In this document: in pieces, positions 8,454-18,132 of the stretch
Layout: the number at the start of each line of letters is the position of its first letter
Numbering within the stretch: the first letter of the stretch is position 1
NCBI GenBank assembly: GCA_026396175.1
Contig: JAPLXG010000006.1
Location: forward strand, 76,492-140,491
Direction of reading: 5' to 3'
DNA: 64,000 nt
Source of the DNA: Candidatus Moraniibacteriota bacterium
Lineage (GTDB): Bacteria > Patescibacteriota > Minisyncoccia > Moranbacterales > UBA2206
Notes under the pieces: generated by a model
What the model saw: only the letters and a program-made list of their open reading frames with translations
Told to the model about the DNA's origin: nothing
The model's database searches: none
Made by a program: the position numbers and the translations under genes

Positions 8454-10031
8454 CTAATTTTTGTATCCCAGGAACGGCAACAAACTTTCTCCAGACATCT
8501 TTTCCGGTTTTTCGATGCCGAAAAGATCGAGGATTGTCGGGGCGATGTCGCTCAAAAGTCCGGAAACTTCAAAAGTGCCTGGGCCGGCTTTTTCCAGGTG
8601 ATTTTCGCCGGTGATAAACCAAAGCGGGACGGGATTGGCGGAGTGTTCCGTGTTTCTTTCTCCGGTTCGAATACTAATCATTTCTTCCACGTTTCCGTGA
8701 TCAGCCGTGATGAGTAGGCAACCATTTTTCGAGAGAACTATTTTTATCAATTCTTGGAGGCAACCATCAACTGTTTCCACCGCGGCGATGGCCGCTTTTT
8801 CATTTCCCGTGTGACCGATAATGTCGGCGTTGGCGTAGTTGATTAAAATAAAATCATACTTTTCTTCTTTGACAAAAAGAGCAACTTTTTCCGTAATTTC
8901 TTTCGCGCTCATTTCCGGTGCTTCGTCAAAGCGTGCTACATCTTTTGAGGGCACAATCACGCGATCTTCCAACGGAAACGGTTCTTCGTTTCCGCCATTG
9001 AAGAAATAGGTGACATGGGCAAATTTTTCTGTCTCGGCAATCCGCAGTTGGGTCAATTTATGCGTAGCAAGAACGCCACCAAGACAAGTGTTTACTTCCA
9101 CGACAGGAAAGGCGATGTCGCTGACTGGAAGGTCGGCTTCATATTGAACCATGGCGACGAAATGCAGGTTTTTGAGTGGTTTTTTTTCAAATTTATTAAA
9201 GCCAGGCAAGACAAATGCCTTAGTTATCTCGCGTGCCCGGTCTTCACGAAAATTGAAAAAAATCAAAGCGTCATTATCACTAACCGTGGCCACGGGCTTG
9301 CCATTTTCCGTGATGACGGCCGGTTCGATGTATTCGTCAAAAAATTCTTTTTTGTAGGATTTATTCAGATAGTCAATTGGATCAGTAATTTGGTTTTGAG
9401 TACCGAGCGTCATTGCGTCATAGGCCAATTTGACGCGGTCCCAATTATTGTTACGATCCATTCCGTAGTATCTGCCGCTGATCGTAGCGATGCGTCCGAC
9501 GCCATAGGTTCCAATTCTTTTTTGTAGTTCCGTGACGCATTCTACTCCCGAGGTTGGAGCGCAATCTCTGCCGTCAGTGAAAATATGGAGATAGACTCGT
9601 TCGAATTTTTGATCACGCATCAGTTCCAAAAGTCCATAAAGATGATCAACATTAGAATGAATCCCACCCTTGCCTAAAAGGCCCATGATGTGGACAGCGG
9701 AATCATTTTTTTTGGCGTGCTCAATCGCTCCCAAAAATGCCGGATTTTGAAAAAATTCTCCGTTTTGGATTGACATCGTGATGCGGGGCAAATTTTGATA
9801 GAGTGTTTGACCGGTGCCGAGCGTGAGGTGTCCGACTTCCGAATTACCAGGCTCTCCCCAAGGAATGCCAACAGAAATTCCAGAGGCCTGAAGGGCGATA
9901 TGGGGATAAAACTGGTTAAGCTTATTGATGGTGGGCAATTTGGCGGCGGCGATGGCGTTGCCATTTTGTTTGTCGCTGATGCCCCAGCCGTCCAAAACAA
10001 CCAAAACAATCGGTTTAAAGTTAGTTTTCAT
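8454..10031 (-). CDS. gpmI: 2,3-bisphosphoglycerate-independent phosphoglycerate mutase
   Basis: VLDGWG, GNSEVGH, SGRYYGMDR, AETEKFAHVT, TADHGN. Start set at MKTNFKP. Confidence 0.96.
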   Translation of the reverse strand: MKTNFKPIVLVVLDGWGISDKQNGNAIAAAKLPTINKLNQFYPHIALQASGISVGIPWGEPGNSEVGHLTLGTGQTLYQNLPRITMSIQNGEFFQNPAFLGAIEHAKKNDSAVHIMGLLGKGGIHSNVDHLYGLLELMRDQKFERVYLHIFTDGRDCAPTSGVECVTELQKRIGTYGVGRIATISGRYYGMDRNNNWDRVKLAYDAMTLGTQNQITDPIDYLNKSYKKEFFDEYIEPAVITENGKPVATVSDNDALIFFNFREDRAREITKAFVLPGFNKFEKKPLKNLHFVAMVQYEADLPVSDIAFPVVEVNTCLGGVLATHKLTQLRIAETEKFAHVTYFFNGGNEEPFPLEDRVIVPSKDVARFDEAPEMSAKEITEKVALFVKEEKYDFILINYANADIIGHTGNEKAAIAAVETVDGCLQELIKIVLSKNGCLLITADHGNVEEMISIRTGERNTEHSANPVPLWFITGENHLEKAGPGTFEVSGLLSDIAPTILDLFGIEKPEKMSGESLLPFLGYKN

Positions 10032-10059
10032 AGTTTTACGACTTACGTGTTTCATCCAT

Positions 10060-10176
10060 ATTCGGGTCATTAGCGTGTAAATTCGAGTATTAGTGTCGCT
10101 ATAAAGGTTCATAGGGCGACTCTAGTTTACGAACCTGCCTGCCGGTAGGCAGATAAGCACCCGAATGTCTCGAATG
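10060..10176. repeat. Degenerate TACGAA-type inverted-repeat element carrying a 20-bp insert
   Basis: ATTCGGGT...TAGTGTCGC versus GCGACTCTAG...ACCCGAAT arms; insert at 10134-10153. Confidence 0.55.
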
Positions 10177-10246
10177 AGTGTGTAAGTTTTGAGTTTATCT
10201 ATTTTTTAGGTTATCTACTAATAAATGATAGCACTTTCAAAGCGTT

Positions 10247-10275
10247 TTGACAAAAACTGGCGGTTGTAATACCAT
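10247..10275 (+). promoter_or_regulatory. Sigma70 promoter of rny
   Basis: TTGACA-17-TACCAT. Confidence 0.55.
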
Positions 10276-10413
10276 AAGAGGGGTAGATAATTGTTTAAAC
10301 AAGTCTAGTTTATATTGATAAAGGAAAGTGATCAGGGGTGGCGCCTTGATTTTTCAAAAAGTATCTGTCGCATATTACATTTATGATTTATCAATTGAAT
10401 AGAAAAAAAACGT

Positions 10414-11946
10414 ATGGAAATGACTCTAACGGTGCTAATCACCGGTATTTTATCTTTGGGAATCGGATCGGTCTTGGGCTATTACGCCAGACAAACAATC
10501 GCTAAAAAACAACTTTCCACCGCTGAGGGAAAAGCCTTAAAAGTGGAAGAGGAGGCAGAAAAAAAATCACAGGAGATTGTCCTGGAAGCAAAAAATAAAG
10601 CGGTCAATATCTTGGAAGAAGCCAAGAAAAAAGAATTCGACAAGGAGGAACTCCTCCGTCGGACTGAGGCGCGTTTGGATAAAAAAGAGGAAAGCTTGGA
10701 AAGCAAGATTCAAGAAATTGAAAAAGAAAAAGAACTCTTGGGTCAAAAAGCTGAGGAAGTACGCACCATCAGAAAAGAAGTGGAGGAAGCAAGAAGACAG
10801 GAGCTGAAGCGACTAGAAAAAATTGCCGGTCTCTCAAAAGAAGCCGCCAAAAAAATTCTTTTGCAATTGACGGAAGAAGAGAGTCGCGATATCTTGGCCA
10901 AAAGAATCAAGGCGCTAGAAATTGAAGGGCGTGATACTTTGGAAAAGAAAGCCAAAGATATTATGACTGGCGCAATCCAAAAATATGCCGGCTCACACGC
11001 GGCGGATGTGACCACCAGTATCGTGGCGATTCCTTCAGACGAAGTGAAGGGACGGATTATCGGAAGAGAAGGTCGAAACATCAAGGCCTTGGAGCGACTC
11101 ACGGGAATTGAAATTATTGTCGATGACACGCCGGAAGCGATTGTGATTTCCGGTTTCGATCCAATCCGCAGAGAGATTGCCAGAATTGCGATTGAGCGCT
11201 TGATTTCTGATGGACGGATTCACCCGACCAAAATTGAAGAAGCGGTGGAATTTGCTAAGCTGGAGATTAATAATAAAATTCGCGAAGCCGGAGAAGCGGC
11301 GGCCTATGATGTGGGTGTAGCGGGGCTCGATCCAAAATTGGTGCATATTCTTGGACGTCTCAGGTACCGTACTAGCTACGGGCAAAATGCTCTTTTGCAT
11401 TCTTTGGAAGTGGCGCATTTGTCAGGAGCACTTGCGGCGGAACTCGGTGCTGACGTAAATCTCGCGAAAAAAGCCGGGCTACTTCATGATATTGGCAAAG
11501 CGATTGACCACGAAGTGCAGGGAACGCATGTTGAAATCGGAATTAAGATTTTGGAAAAATTCAAAATTGGCAAAGATATTATCGATGCGATGAAATCGCA
11601 TCACGAAGATTATCCATTTGAAACACCAGAATCGATGATCATCTCAGCAGCGGACGCGATTTCCGCTAGTCGTCCCGGAGCCAGAAAAGATACACTGGAA
11701 AATTATCTCAAACGCTTGGAAGAACTGGAAGCTGTGGCAACCTCTTTTCCCGAAGTGGAAAAAACCTATGCCATTCAAGCCGGAAGAGAGATTCGCGTTT
11801 TTGTGCGACCGGACAAAATTGATGATTTGGGCGCGATCAAATTGAGCCGCGCGATTGCTGACAAAATTGAAAAAGAGTTAAAATATCCCGGTGAAATCAA
11901 GGTGAATGTGATTCGAGAAACACGCGTGGTTGAGTATGCTCGTTAG
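10414..11946 (+). CDS. rny: Ribonuclease Y
   Basis: N-terminal TM, coiled coil, KH domain (KGRIIGREGRNI) and HD domain (LLHDIGKA). Confidence 0.97.
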   Translation: MEMTLTVLITGILSLGIGSVLGYYARQTIAKKQLSTAEGKALKVEEEAEKKSQEIVLEAKNKAVNILEEAKKKEFDKEELLRRTEARLDKKEESLESKIQEIEKEKELLGQKAEEVRTIRKEVEEARRQELKRLEKIAGLSKEAAKKILLQLTEEESRDILAKRIKALEIEGRDTLEKKAKDIMTGAIQKYAGSHAADVTTSIVAIPSDEVKGRIIGREGRNIKALERLTGIEIIVDDTPEAIVISGFDPIRREIARIAIERLISDGRIHPTKIEEAVEFAKLEINNKIREAGEAAAYDVGVAGLDPKLVHILGRLRYRTSYGQNALLHSLEVAHLSGALAAELGADVNLAKKAGLLHDIGKAIDHEVQGTHVEIGIKILEKFKIGKDIIDAMKSHHEDYPFETPESMIISAADAISASRPGARKDTLENYLKRLEELEAVATSFPEVEKTYAIQAGREIRVFVRPDKIDDLGAIKLSRAIADKIEKELKYPGEIKVNVIRETRVVEYAR

Positions 11947-11951
11947 ATTTA

Positions 11952-12230
11952 TCCCGCACTAACTTTGCACTTTTCTCAGTAAAATAAGTAATATGACTTA
12001 CGCGTTCACCAAAAGCAACCTTCAAAGCGCCTGGTTTGCTAGAGCTTATTACTGCTTGTATTAATCTCTAAGACTAAGTAGTTTCCTCCAGAATAGCCCT
12101 GGCTATAGATAAGCTTGCTTTTGGCAAACGCGTAAGTCCTAAAGTTATTTAGAGTAAAGGTGAAAAACAGTTGGCTTGGTGTCGCGGAAAACTATTTGGC
12201 ACTTCGTGCCAGTGCAAAGTTAGTGCGGGA
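11952..12230. mobile_element. CCCGCAC-type MITE-like element with a nested GACTT element
   Basis: Perfect 20-bp TIR TCCCGCACTAACTTTGCACT/AGTGCAAAGTTAGTGCGGGA; inner inverted-repeat element at 11995-12138. Confidence 0.75.
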
Positions 12231-12367
12231 AAATCCCATTTGCTTTATTTAAAGCAATTGTAGTAAAATAGAAAGACTAGCGGATTTGATAAGAATTAAG
12301 GTACACGCCAAAGTTTAATTTCCGAAAAATTAAAGGGCTTGGCGAACTATTGAAAGGAGGTGATAAT

Positions 12368-12652
12368 ATGGCAGGCAATATTAATAAAGATGCTTTGGTA
12401 AGCGCAATCAGCGAAAAAACTGAATTGTCCAAGAAAGACGTTGAAATGGTATTGGAAACAATGATTGAAGTTATCACTAAATCTTTGAAAAGCGGAGACA
12501 AGGTAACAATGACCGGTTTTGGAACTTTCAAGGTTTCTAACCGCGCAGCAAGAGAAGGAATCAATCCTCAAACTAAAGCTAAGATCAAAATCCCAGCAAT
12601 GACCGTTCCTAAATTTTCAGCAGGAAAGGCTCTGAAAGAAGCTGTGAGATAG
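12368..12652 (+). CDS. hup: HU-family DNA-binding protein
   Basis: GFGTFKV, REGINPQT, PKFSAGKALKEAV; strong AAAGGAGGTGA SD. Confidence 0.95.
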   Translation: MAGNINKDALVSAISEKTELSKKDVEMVLETMIEVITKSLKSGDKVTMTGFGTFKVSNRAAREGINPQTKAKIKIPAMTVPKFSAGKALKEAVR

Positions 12653-12695
12653 TCTTAGTTTCAAATTATTTTCTAGAGAATAAATTAGAAGATAG

Positions 12696-12726
12696 CAGCA
12701 AAATCCCGCGTACGCGGGATTTTGTT
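12696..12726 (+). terminator. Intrinsic terminator after hup
   Basis: CAAAATCCCGCGTACGCGGGATTTTG palindrome followed by T. Confidence 0.7.
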
Positions 12727-12735
12727 ATGGCCTTG

Positions 12736-12764
12736 TTGACTAAAGCGCTGTTTGCGGATATGAT
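12736..12764 (+). promoter_or_regulatory. Sigma70 promoter of the tRNA pair
   Basis: TTGACT-17-TATGAT. Confidence 0.6.
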
Positions 12765-12868
12765 TTATAAGTAATATTTGCTGTCGTTCTCTTTAGCGGG
12801 CTCATGCTTGGCATATATGGGAACATTGCATGGCTTAAGCGGGCTTGCCCGCCGTAGCGTAGCGTAGG

Positions 12869-12939
12869 CGGGGCGTTGTGTAATGGTAGCGCGCTTGGTT
12901 TGGGACCAAGTAGTCCGAGTTCGAGTCTCGGCGCCCCGA
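12869..12939 (+). tRNA. tRNA-Pro(UGG), CCA not encoded
   Basis: Acceptor CGGGGCG/CGCCCCG-A, anticodon arm CTTGG-TTTGGGA-CCAAG, T arm CCGAG-TTCGAGT-CTCGG. Confidence 0.93.
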
Positions 12940-13004
12940 CAGGATTGATTTAAAGTAGCTTGTTTTGGAGTTTAGCGGGCTTGCCCGCCGGAGCTTCAGC
13001 GCAG

Positions 13005-13076
13005 GCGGGTATCGTATAGTGGCTAATATACGTCCTTGCCAAGGACGAGCGACGGGTTCGATTCCCGTTACCCGCT
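13005..13076 (+). tRNA. tRNA-Gly(GCC), CCA not encoded
   Basis: Acceptor GCGGGTA/TACCCGC-T, anticodon arm CGTCC-TTGCCAA-GGACG, T arm ACGGG-TTCGATT-CCCGT. Confidence 0.93.
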
Positions 13077-13088
13077 CACAATAGAAAT

Positions 13089-13119
13089 AATAAAAACGAC
13101 CTCAGTGGTCGTTTTTATT
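13089..13119 (+). terminator. Terminator after the tRNAs
   Basis: AATAAAAACGACC-loop-GGTCGTTTTTATT. Confidence 0.75.
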
Positions 13120-13140
13120 GTGGGAAATGGTTGAATTTAT

Positions 13141-13260
13141 CTACCCGATAATCCTGGCAAAAGACAGTGTTATGACAATCGGCCCATAGGCAATGGCGCC
13201 CAGTGCGGAGCTGACAATTAAAAGCGTTGATAGATAGAAAGTAATTTCTAGCTTGTCCAT
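13141..13260 (-). CDS. Possible 39-aa hydrophobic small protein
   Basis: MDKLEITFYLSTLLIVSSALGAIAYGPIVITLSFARIIG*; ends at the bidirectional terminator; below the ORF-track cutoff. Confidence 0.35.
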   Translation of the reverse strand: MDKLEITFYLSTLLIVSSALGAIAYGPIVITLSFARIIG

Positions 13261-13480
13261 ATAATTTGGGAAAATTAGTTATTTAGGAGAACAGTAGAAA
13301 CTAGCATTGTTTCTGATTCTTGCCAATAACCTTGGTGTTTTAGCCTCTGGAAATGAAGCGATTCTCACCTGAAAATCGTATTATTTAAGTAGTAATTAAA
13401 ATCAGGAAAGTTCTCTTGGAGCTTTTTTGATTTTTGGGTTATAATAATAGTTGCTTATGTTTATCAATTTATAAGATTAT

Positions 13481-14704
13481 ATGGACTTTGGCTTATACAA
13501 ACCGCAAGAAGAACCATCGATTTGGAAAAGCCAAGTTTCTTTTAGGCTGGCTATCTTTGTGATATTAATTTTGTCAGTAGGGGTGCTTTGGGCTTTGCAT
13601 GAGCATAATAAATTTATCACGGACAAAAATAATTATCCTGTGGCAATTTTTCAAAAATACGAAAAGAAAATTTTGCCGGTGGGAAAACCGGAAAAAGAAG
13701 TGTGGCATTTTGTGCCTGGGCCGATTTCGATGGATCAGATCAAAAAAAATGGTTGCGTGGCGGACGGATTTTTGTCCGGCTATGGTAACAAGACCGGAGA
13801 CATTGCTGATATGCTCAATCGTTCCAAGTGTGTCTATCTGCATCGCGCGTTGGAAACGTGGCTCCGACCGCCGGATTTTGAAAAGGCGAATGAGATTATG
13901 CAGACCGTGACAAAAAGGCCGGTGGTTTATGGCATGTTTCTCTCTGAAGCGATTTCGACCTGGCGGCGTTATTCCGATCCGACGTGGGATCATAAATTTG
14001 AATTTGACAAAATGTGCCGGGGACAAGACAAAGATCATTGGGAAAAAAATAGTTGTATCCCGTCGATCGATAAACCGGAATATCGGCGCTACTTGAAATC
14101 AATCACACATCGCGCGATGGACATTGGCGTTCAGAGTTTTCTGTTTGGACAAGTTGAACTGCAAGATGAAAATCCCAATTTTGATAGCACTCAAATAAAA
14201 CTAGTGCTTGAAGATATGCGAAGCTATGCCAAGCAAAAAAATATGCAAATTATCGTTGGCGCGCAAACGAATGCGATTACGGATGAAAAATATCTGCGTT
14301 TGTTTGATTACATTGAAGGCGGAGTGGGGATTGATCAAAATGGCGCGGTCGAGAATCAACCGTGCTTCAGTAAATTTTCCACTTGCTGGGCGCTTTTGTG
14401 GGATCGGCGCTATAGCTCAATTGCCAACAATGTCCTACTGCATCTCGATTGGAGCGGACTGACTTGGGATGATATGGGAATCTTTGCCCGAATGGATCAA
14501 GATACGCGCATCAAAACGCTGGATAGCCTATATCATAAATTCACGGATCAAAATATGGGCTTCCTGATGCCGTTCCTTGCCGTGCTCAATCACGAAAATG
14601 ACGGCTGTTATGGACCGAATAAAAGTTTTTATGTCCCGAGCAAAAAATATCGCTGTGATGATGAAAGCGCAATCAATAAACTGATGCCGAATGTGAAGCT
14701 GTAG
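13481..14704 (+). CDS. Membrane-anchored Cys-rich hypothetical protein
   Basis: 407-aa ORF with an N-terminal TM helix and about 8 Cys; no motif recognised. Confidence 0.75.
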   Translation: MDFGLYKPQEEPSIWKSQVSFRLAIFVILILSVGVLWALHEHNKFITDKNNYPVAIFQKYEKKILPVGKPEKEVWHFVPGPISMDQIKKNGCVADGFLSGYGNKTGDIADMLNRSKCVYLHRALETWLRPPDFEKANEIMQTVTKRPVVYGMFLSEAISTWRRYSDPTWDHKFEFDKMCRGQDKDHWEKNSCIPSIDKPEYRRYLKSITHRAMDIGVQSFLFGQVELQDENPNFDSTQIKLVLEDMRSYAKQKNMQIIVGAQTNAITDEKYLRLFDYIEGGVGIDQNGAVENQPCFSKFSTCWALLWDRRYSSIANNVLLHLDWSGLTWDDMGIFARMDQDTRIKTLDSLYHKFTDQNMGFLMPFLAVLNHENDGCYGPNKSFYVPSKKYRCDDESAINKLMPNVKL

Positions 14705-14728
14705 AGTGGATATTTATTGTTTTTTTGT

Positions 14729-14865
14729 GACTTCCACCTAAGCCAAAAAATTATTCCTGAAAAGCGCGGTTTCCTCATTTTGGCTAGTTTCCCATTTATT
14801 TGCTGGAGTTTTTTGTGCCAATAAAGATGAACGTGTGGAACAACTTTTTGGCTTAGGTGCAAGTC
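14729..14865. repeat. GACTT...AAGTC inverted-repeat element
   Basis: 29-bp arms GACTTCCACCTAAGCCAAAAAATTATTCC versus GGAACAACTTTTTGGCTTAGGTGCAAGTC (3 mismatches). Confidence 0.75.
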
Positions 14866-14972
14866 GTGTGGCACTTATCTTACCCAAAAGAAAGCACATT
14901 GAGCTTTCTTTTTTATTTGAAGCATTCTCTGTATGCTGGTAAAATAGATAAATGAGACATTAAAACTTTTTT

Positions 14973-17159
14973 ATGTACCAAACTCTCAAACAATATTTCG
15001 GCTATGACGAGTTCAGACCGCTGCAAGCGGATATTATTGCGCATGTCTTAGAAAAAAATAATGCGTTTGTTTTGATGCCGACCGGAGGCGGGAAGTCCCT
15101 GTGCTATCAATTGCCGGCGCTTAAATTTTCGGGCATCACGCTAGTGATTTCACCGCTCATTGCGCTTATGAAAGATCAGGTTGATGCTCTGCGCGCCAAT
15201 GGAATCGAAGCGGAATTTATTAATAGCACGCTTGAGCTTTCGGAAATTATTAAGATTGAAAAAAAGGCACGCTCGGGTGAGCTTAAGATTCTTTATGTTG
15301 CGCCAGAGCGCTTGGCGTTGGATTATTTTAAAAATTTTCTGAAAAACTTGAAGATTAGTTTGATTGCGATTGATGAAGCGCATTGTATTTCTGAGTGGGG
15401 ACATGATTTTCGGCCGGACTATCGCAATTTGGCAAAACTGCGAAGTATTTTTCCAGCTGTGCCGGTGATGGCGCTCACTGCGACGGCGACGGACAAAGTG
15501 CGAGAAGATATTGTGTGGCAACTGGAAATGCAAGAGGCGCGCGTTTTCATTTCCAGTTTCAATCGGCCGAATTTGTCCTATGTCGTGCGACCAAAAAAGA
15601 ATGCTTTTTTAACTCTGGTAAATTTACTCAAAAAGTATCCCGACCGCTCGGTGATTATTTATTGTTTTTCACGCAAGGAAACGGAAAACATCGCCGCGGA
15701 TTTGGAATATGAAGGATTCAAGGCCGAAGCCTATCATGCGGGATTGGAAAACGAGAAAAGAAGAAAGACCCAGGAAAAATTTGTGCGCGACGAAATTCAG
15801 ATTATTGTGGCGACAATTGCGTTTGGGATGGGGATTGATAAACCGGAGGTGCGTTTGATTGTGCATTATTCTTTGCCCAAATCAATCGAGGGTTATTATC
15901 AAGAAACCGGACGCGCGGGACGCGATGGTCTTCCGAGTGAATGTGTACTGTTTTATTCCTACGGCGACACGATTAAACACAATTTTTTTCTACGAGATAT
16001 TCAAAATGAAGCTGAACGAGCGAGCGCGCAAAAAAAGTTGGCGCAGGTAGTGGAATATGCGGAGCTGCGGACTTGTCGGCGAGAATATCTTTTGCAATAT
16101 TTTAGTGAAAAACAAGAATCGGAAAGTTGTGGAGGATGTGACATTTGTCTCACACCAAAAGATGAGGTTGACGCGACAATTATCGTGCAAAAAATTCTTT
16201 CCGCTATTTTTCGCACAGGAGAAAGATTTGGCACGAGGTATGTAATGAGTGTTCTGCGCGGAGCGCGGATCAAAAAAGTGCTCGAACTTGGGCATGACAA
16301 ACTTTCCGTTTTTGGGATTGCCAAAGATGCGAGCGAAGAAGAGCTTATGTATTTTATCAACTTACTTATTGCTAAAGGCCTAATTGCCAAAAGTGACAGC
16401 GAATATCCAACGCTACACATCACCAATCGCGGCAAAAAATTTTTAAACAACCGTGAGAAAATTATTTTGCCTGCACCGCAGTTTGAAAAAGAATCGAAAG
16501 GTTCAGGTCAGGAGACACTGAACCGACAATGGAAAAAAGGTGCGTTGGAATATGATACGGCGCTATTTGAACAGTTGCGCGTTTTGCGAAAGAATCTTGC
16601 CGATCAAAAGGGCGTGCCGCCATTCGTTATTTTCAGTGATGTCGCGTTGCAAGAAATGGCCTACTATTTTCCTGGGAGCAAAGAGAACTTCTTGCAAATT
16701 AGTGGTGTTGGAGCGATGAAGCTGGAGCAGTATGGGGAGAAATTTATGCCGATTATTCGGGATTATGCGAAGAAAAATAATTTAGTGGAAAAAACACATG
16801 ATTCTCGTGGTAATTATTCAATCCGTAGAGACGAGTCCGCCAGTCGGCGGACTAGTCCGTACCAACGTGCGGGATCTACCTACGCCGAAACCAAAAAAAT
16901 GCTGAATGCGGGGCTAACGATTGAAAAAATCGCCGGCGCGCGCGGTTTATCACCGACGACAATTATTGATCATATCGAAAAGCTAAAAGCCAGCGGCGAA
17001 GAAATTGTGATCGATCATTTGCGCTTGCCCGAAGAACGATTTCGAAAAATAAAATCGGCCTTCGAAAAATCCGGCGGAACAATGCTTTCGCCGGTGCGGG
17101 AAATTTTGGGCGAAGATTATAGTTATGAGGAATTGAGAGTGGCGCGGTTGTTTTTGTGA
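14973..17159 (+). CDS. recQ: ATP-dependent DNA helicase RecQ (RQC, HRDC, C-terminal HTH)
   Basis: MPTGGGKSLCYQ, DEAHCISEWGHDFRPDY, YYQETGRAGRDG, Zn-binding cysteines. Confidence 0.97.
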   Translation: MYQTLKQYFGYDEFRPLQADIIAHVLEKNNAFVLMPTGGGKSLCYQLPALKFSGITLVISPLIALMKDQVDALRANGIEAEFINSTLELSEIIKIEKKARSGELKILYVAPERLALDYFKNFLKNLKISLIAIDEAHCISEWGHDFRPDYRNLAKLRSIFPAVPVMALTATATDKVREDIVWQLEMQEARVFISSFNRPNLSYVVRPKKNAFLTLVNLLKKYPDRSVIIYCFSRKETENIAADLEYEGFKAEAYHAGLENEKRRKTQEKFVRDEIQIIVATIAFGMGIDKPEVRLIVHYSLPKSIEGYYQETGRAGRDGLPSECVLFYSYGDTIKHNFFLRDIQNEAERASAQKKLAQVVEYAELRTCRREYLLQYFSEKQESESCGGCDICLTPKDEVDATIIVQKILSAIFRTGERFGTRYVMSVLRGARIKKVLELGHDKLSVFGIAKDASEEELMYFINLLIAKGLIAKSDSEYPTLHITNRGKKFLNNREKIILPAPQFEKESKGSGQETLNRQWKKGALEYDTALFEQLRVLRKNLADQKGVPPFVIFSDVALQEMAYYFPGSKENFLQISGVGAMKLEQYGEKFMPIIRDYAKKNNLVEKTHDSRGNYSIRRDESASRRTSPYQRAGSTYAETKKMLNAGLTIEKIAGARGLSPTTIIDHIEKLKASGEEIVIDHLRLPEERFRKIKSAFEKSGGTMLSPVREILGEDYSYEELRVARLFL

Positions 17160-17257
17160 GTTGAAGTATTTTTCTTGCGCTGGTAAGATACGGGAAGAAG
17201 GCAGTTAAATAATTTGTTAGGATAAAAACGAATAGTAATAAAATAACGACAAATAAT

Positions 17258-18040
17258 ATGACAGAGCAATTTGGAAATCAAGGCATGGTCGAAAATAAAG
17301 AACCTGAATTGTCGCGACAATACGGCGAAAGAACCAGTGTGGAATATGCTCAGATAACAGAAACAGATCCATCAAAAAGATTTGTTCAATATCCTGAAGG
17401 GTTGAGACTTCTTGGGGATGTTCAAGGAAAAAGAATTTTAGATATTGGTTGTGGCAATGGAGAATTTACGAGAATGATGGCAAAAAGTGGGGCAAAGGTT
17501 GTGGCTTATGATTCTGCAGAAAAGCAAATAAAATTAGCGCAAGAAAAAGAGATTGAAGAGAACTTGGGAATAAAATATTTTGTTGCTGACCGACCGGCCA
17601 TCTCTCCAGATGAGAAGTTTGATATTGCGACTTCAATTATGGTTTTCCCGCATGCTAAAGATCAAGCCGCATTAACCGAAATGTTTATGCAGGTCAGTGA
17701 GGCTCTTAATTCAGAGGGAAAATTAGTTTCCGTGACGACTAATCCTGACTTCAAGCGTTTTGGCGAAATTGCCCACAATAGGAGATTTACTAAGTCGGAT
17801 GATGGAAAAAATACCAAAGTCGAATTCTTTGATGGTTTGGGAAATTTTAAATTTGATGTAACGGGCACGTTTTTCACGAAAGCGGATTATGAGCAAGCCG
17901 CCAGAAAAGCTGGTTTCAAATCAATCGAGTGGCAACCATTATCCATTGATCAAAAAGGAATTGAGGAAATGGGACCGGAATTTTGGGATGAATATGAAAC
18001 CGATTGTCCCTATGTTGGTTTTGTTGCGCATAAAGAATGA
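17258..18040 (+). CDS. Class I SAM-dependent methyltransferase
   Basis: ILDIGCGNG motif I. Confidence 0.85.
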   Translation: MTEQFGNQGMVENKEPELSRQYGERTSVEYAQITETDPSKRFVQYPEGLRLLGDVQGKRILDIGCGNGEFTRMMAKSGAKVVAYDSAEKQIKLAQEKEIEENLGIKYFVADRPAISPDEKFDIATSIMVFPHAKDQAALTEMFMQVSEALNSEGKLVSVTTNPDFKRFGEIAHNRRFTKSDDGKNTKVEFFDGLGNFKFDVTGTFFTKADYEQAARKAGFKSIEWQPLSIDQKGIEEMGPEFWDEYETDCPYVGFVAHKE

Positions 18041-18074
18041 ATAATAAAATTTGATTGAGCAATTTTCTAAGAAC

Positions 18075-18108
18075 TAAAAAAGCCTCTTTTCACGAAAAGG
18101 CTTTTTTT
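18075..18108. terminator. Bidirectional terminator
   Basis: AAAAAAGCC-TCTTTTCACGAAAA-GGCTTTTTT between convergent genes. Confidence 0.65.
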
Positions 18109-18132
18109 ATTTTGAAAAATATAATCAAAAAG

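Noticed and set aside
10032-10112. N-terminal extensions of GpmI (likewise RpoC, S12, L3, L5, L28 and HU in the ORF track)
   Set aside because: The upstream in-frame starts lie in repeats, leaders or the preceding gene; conserved N-termini start at the downstream ATGs.
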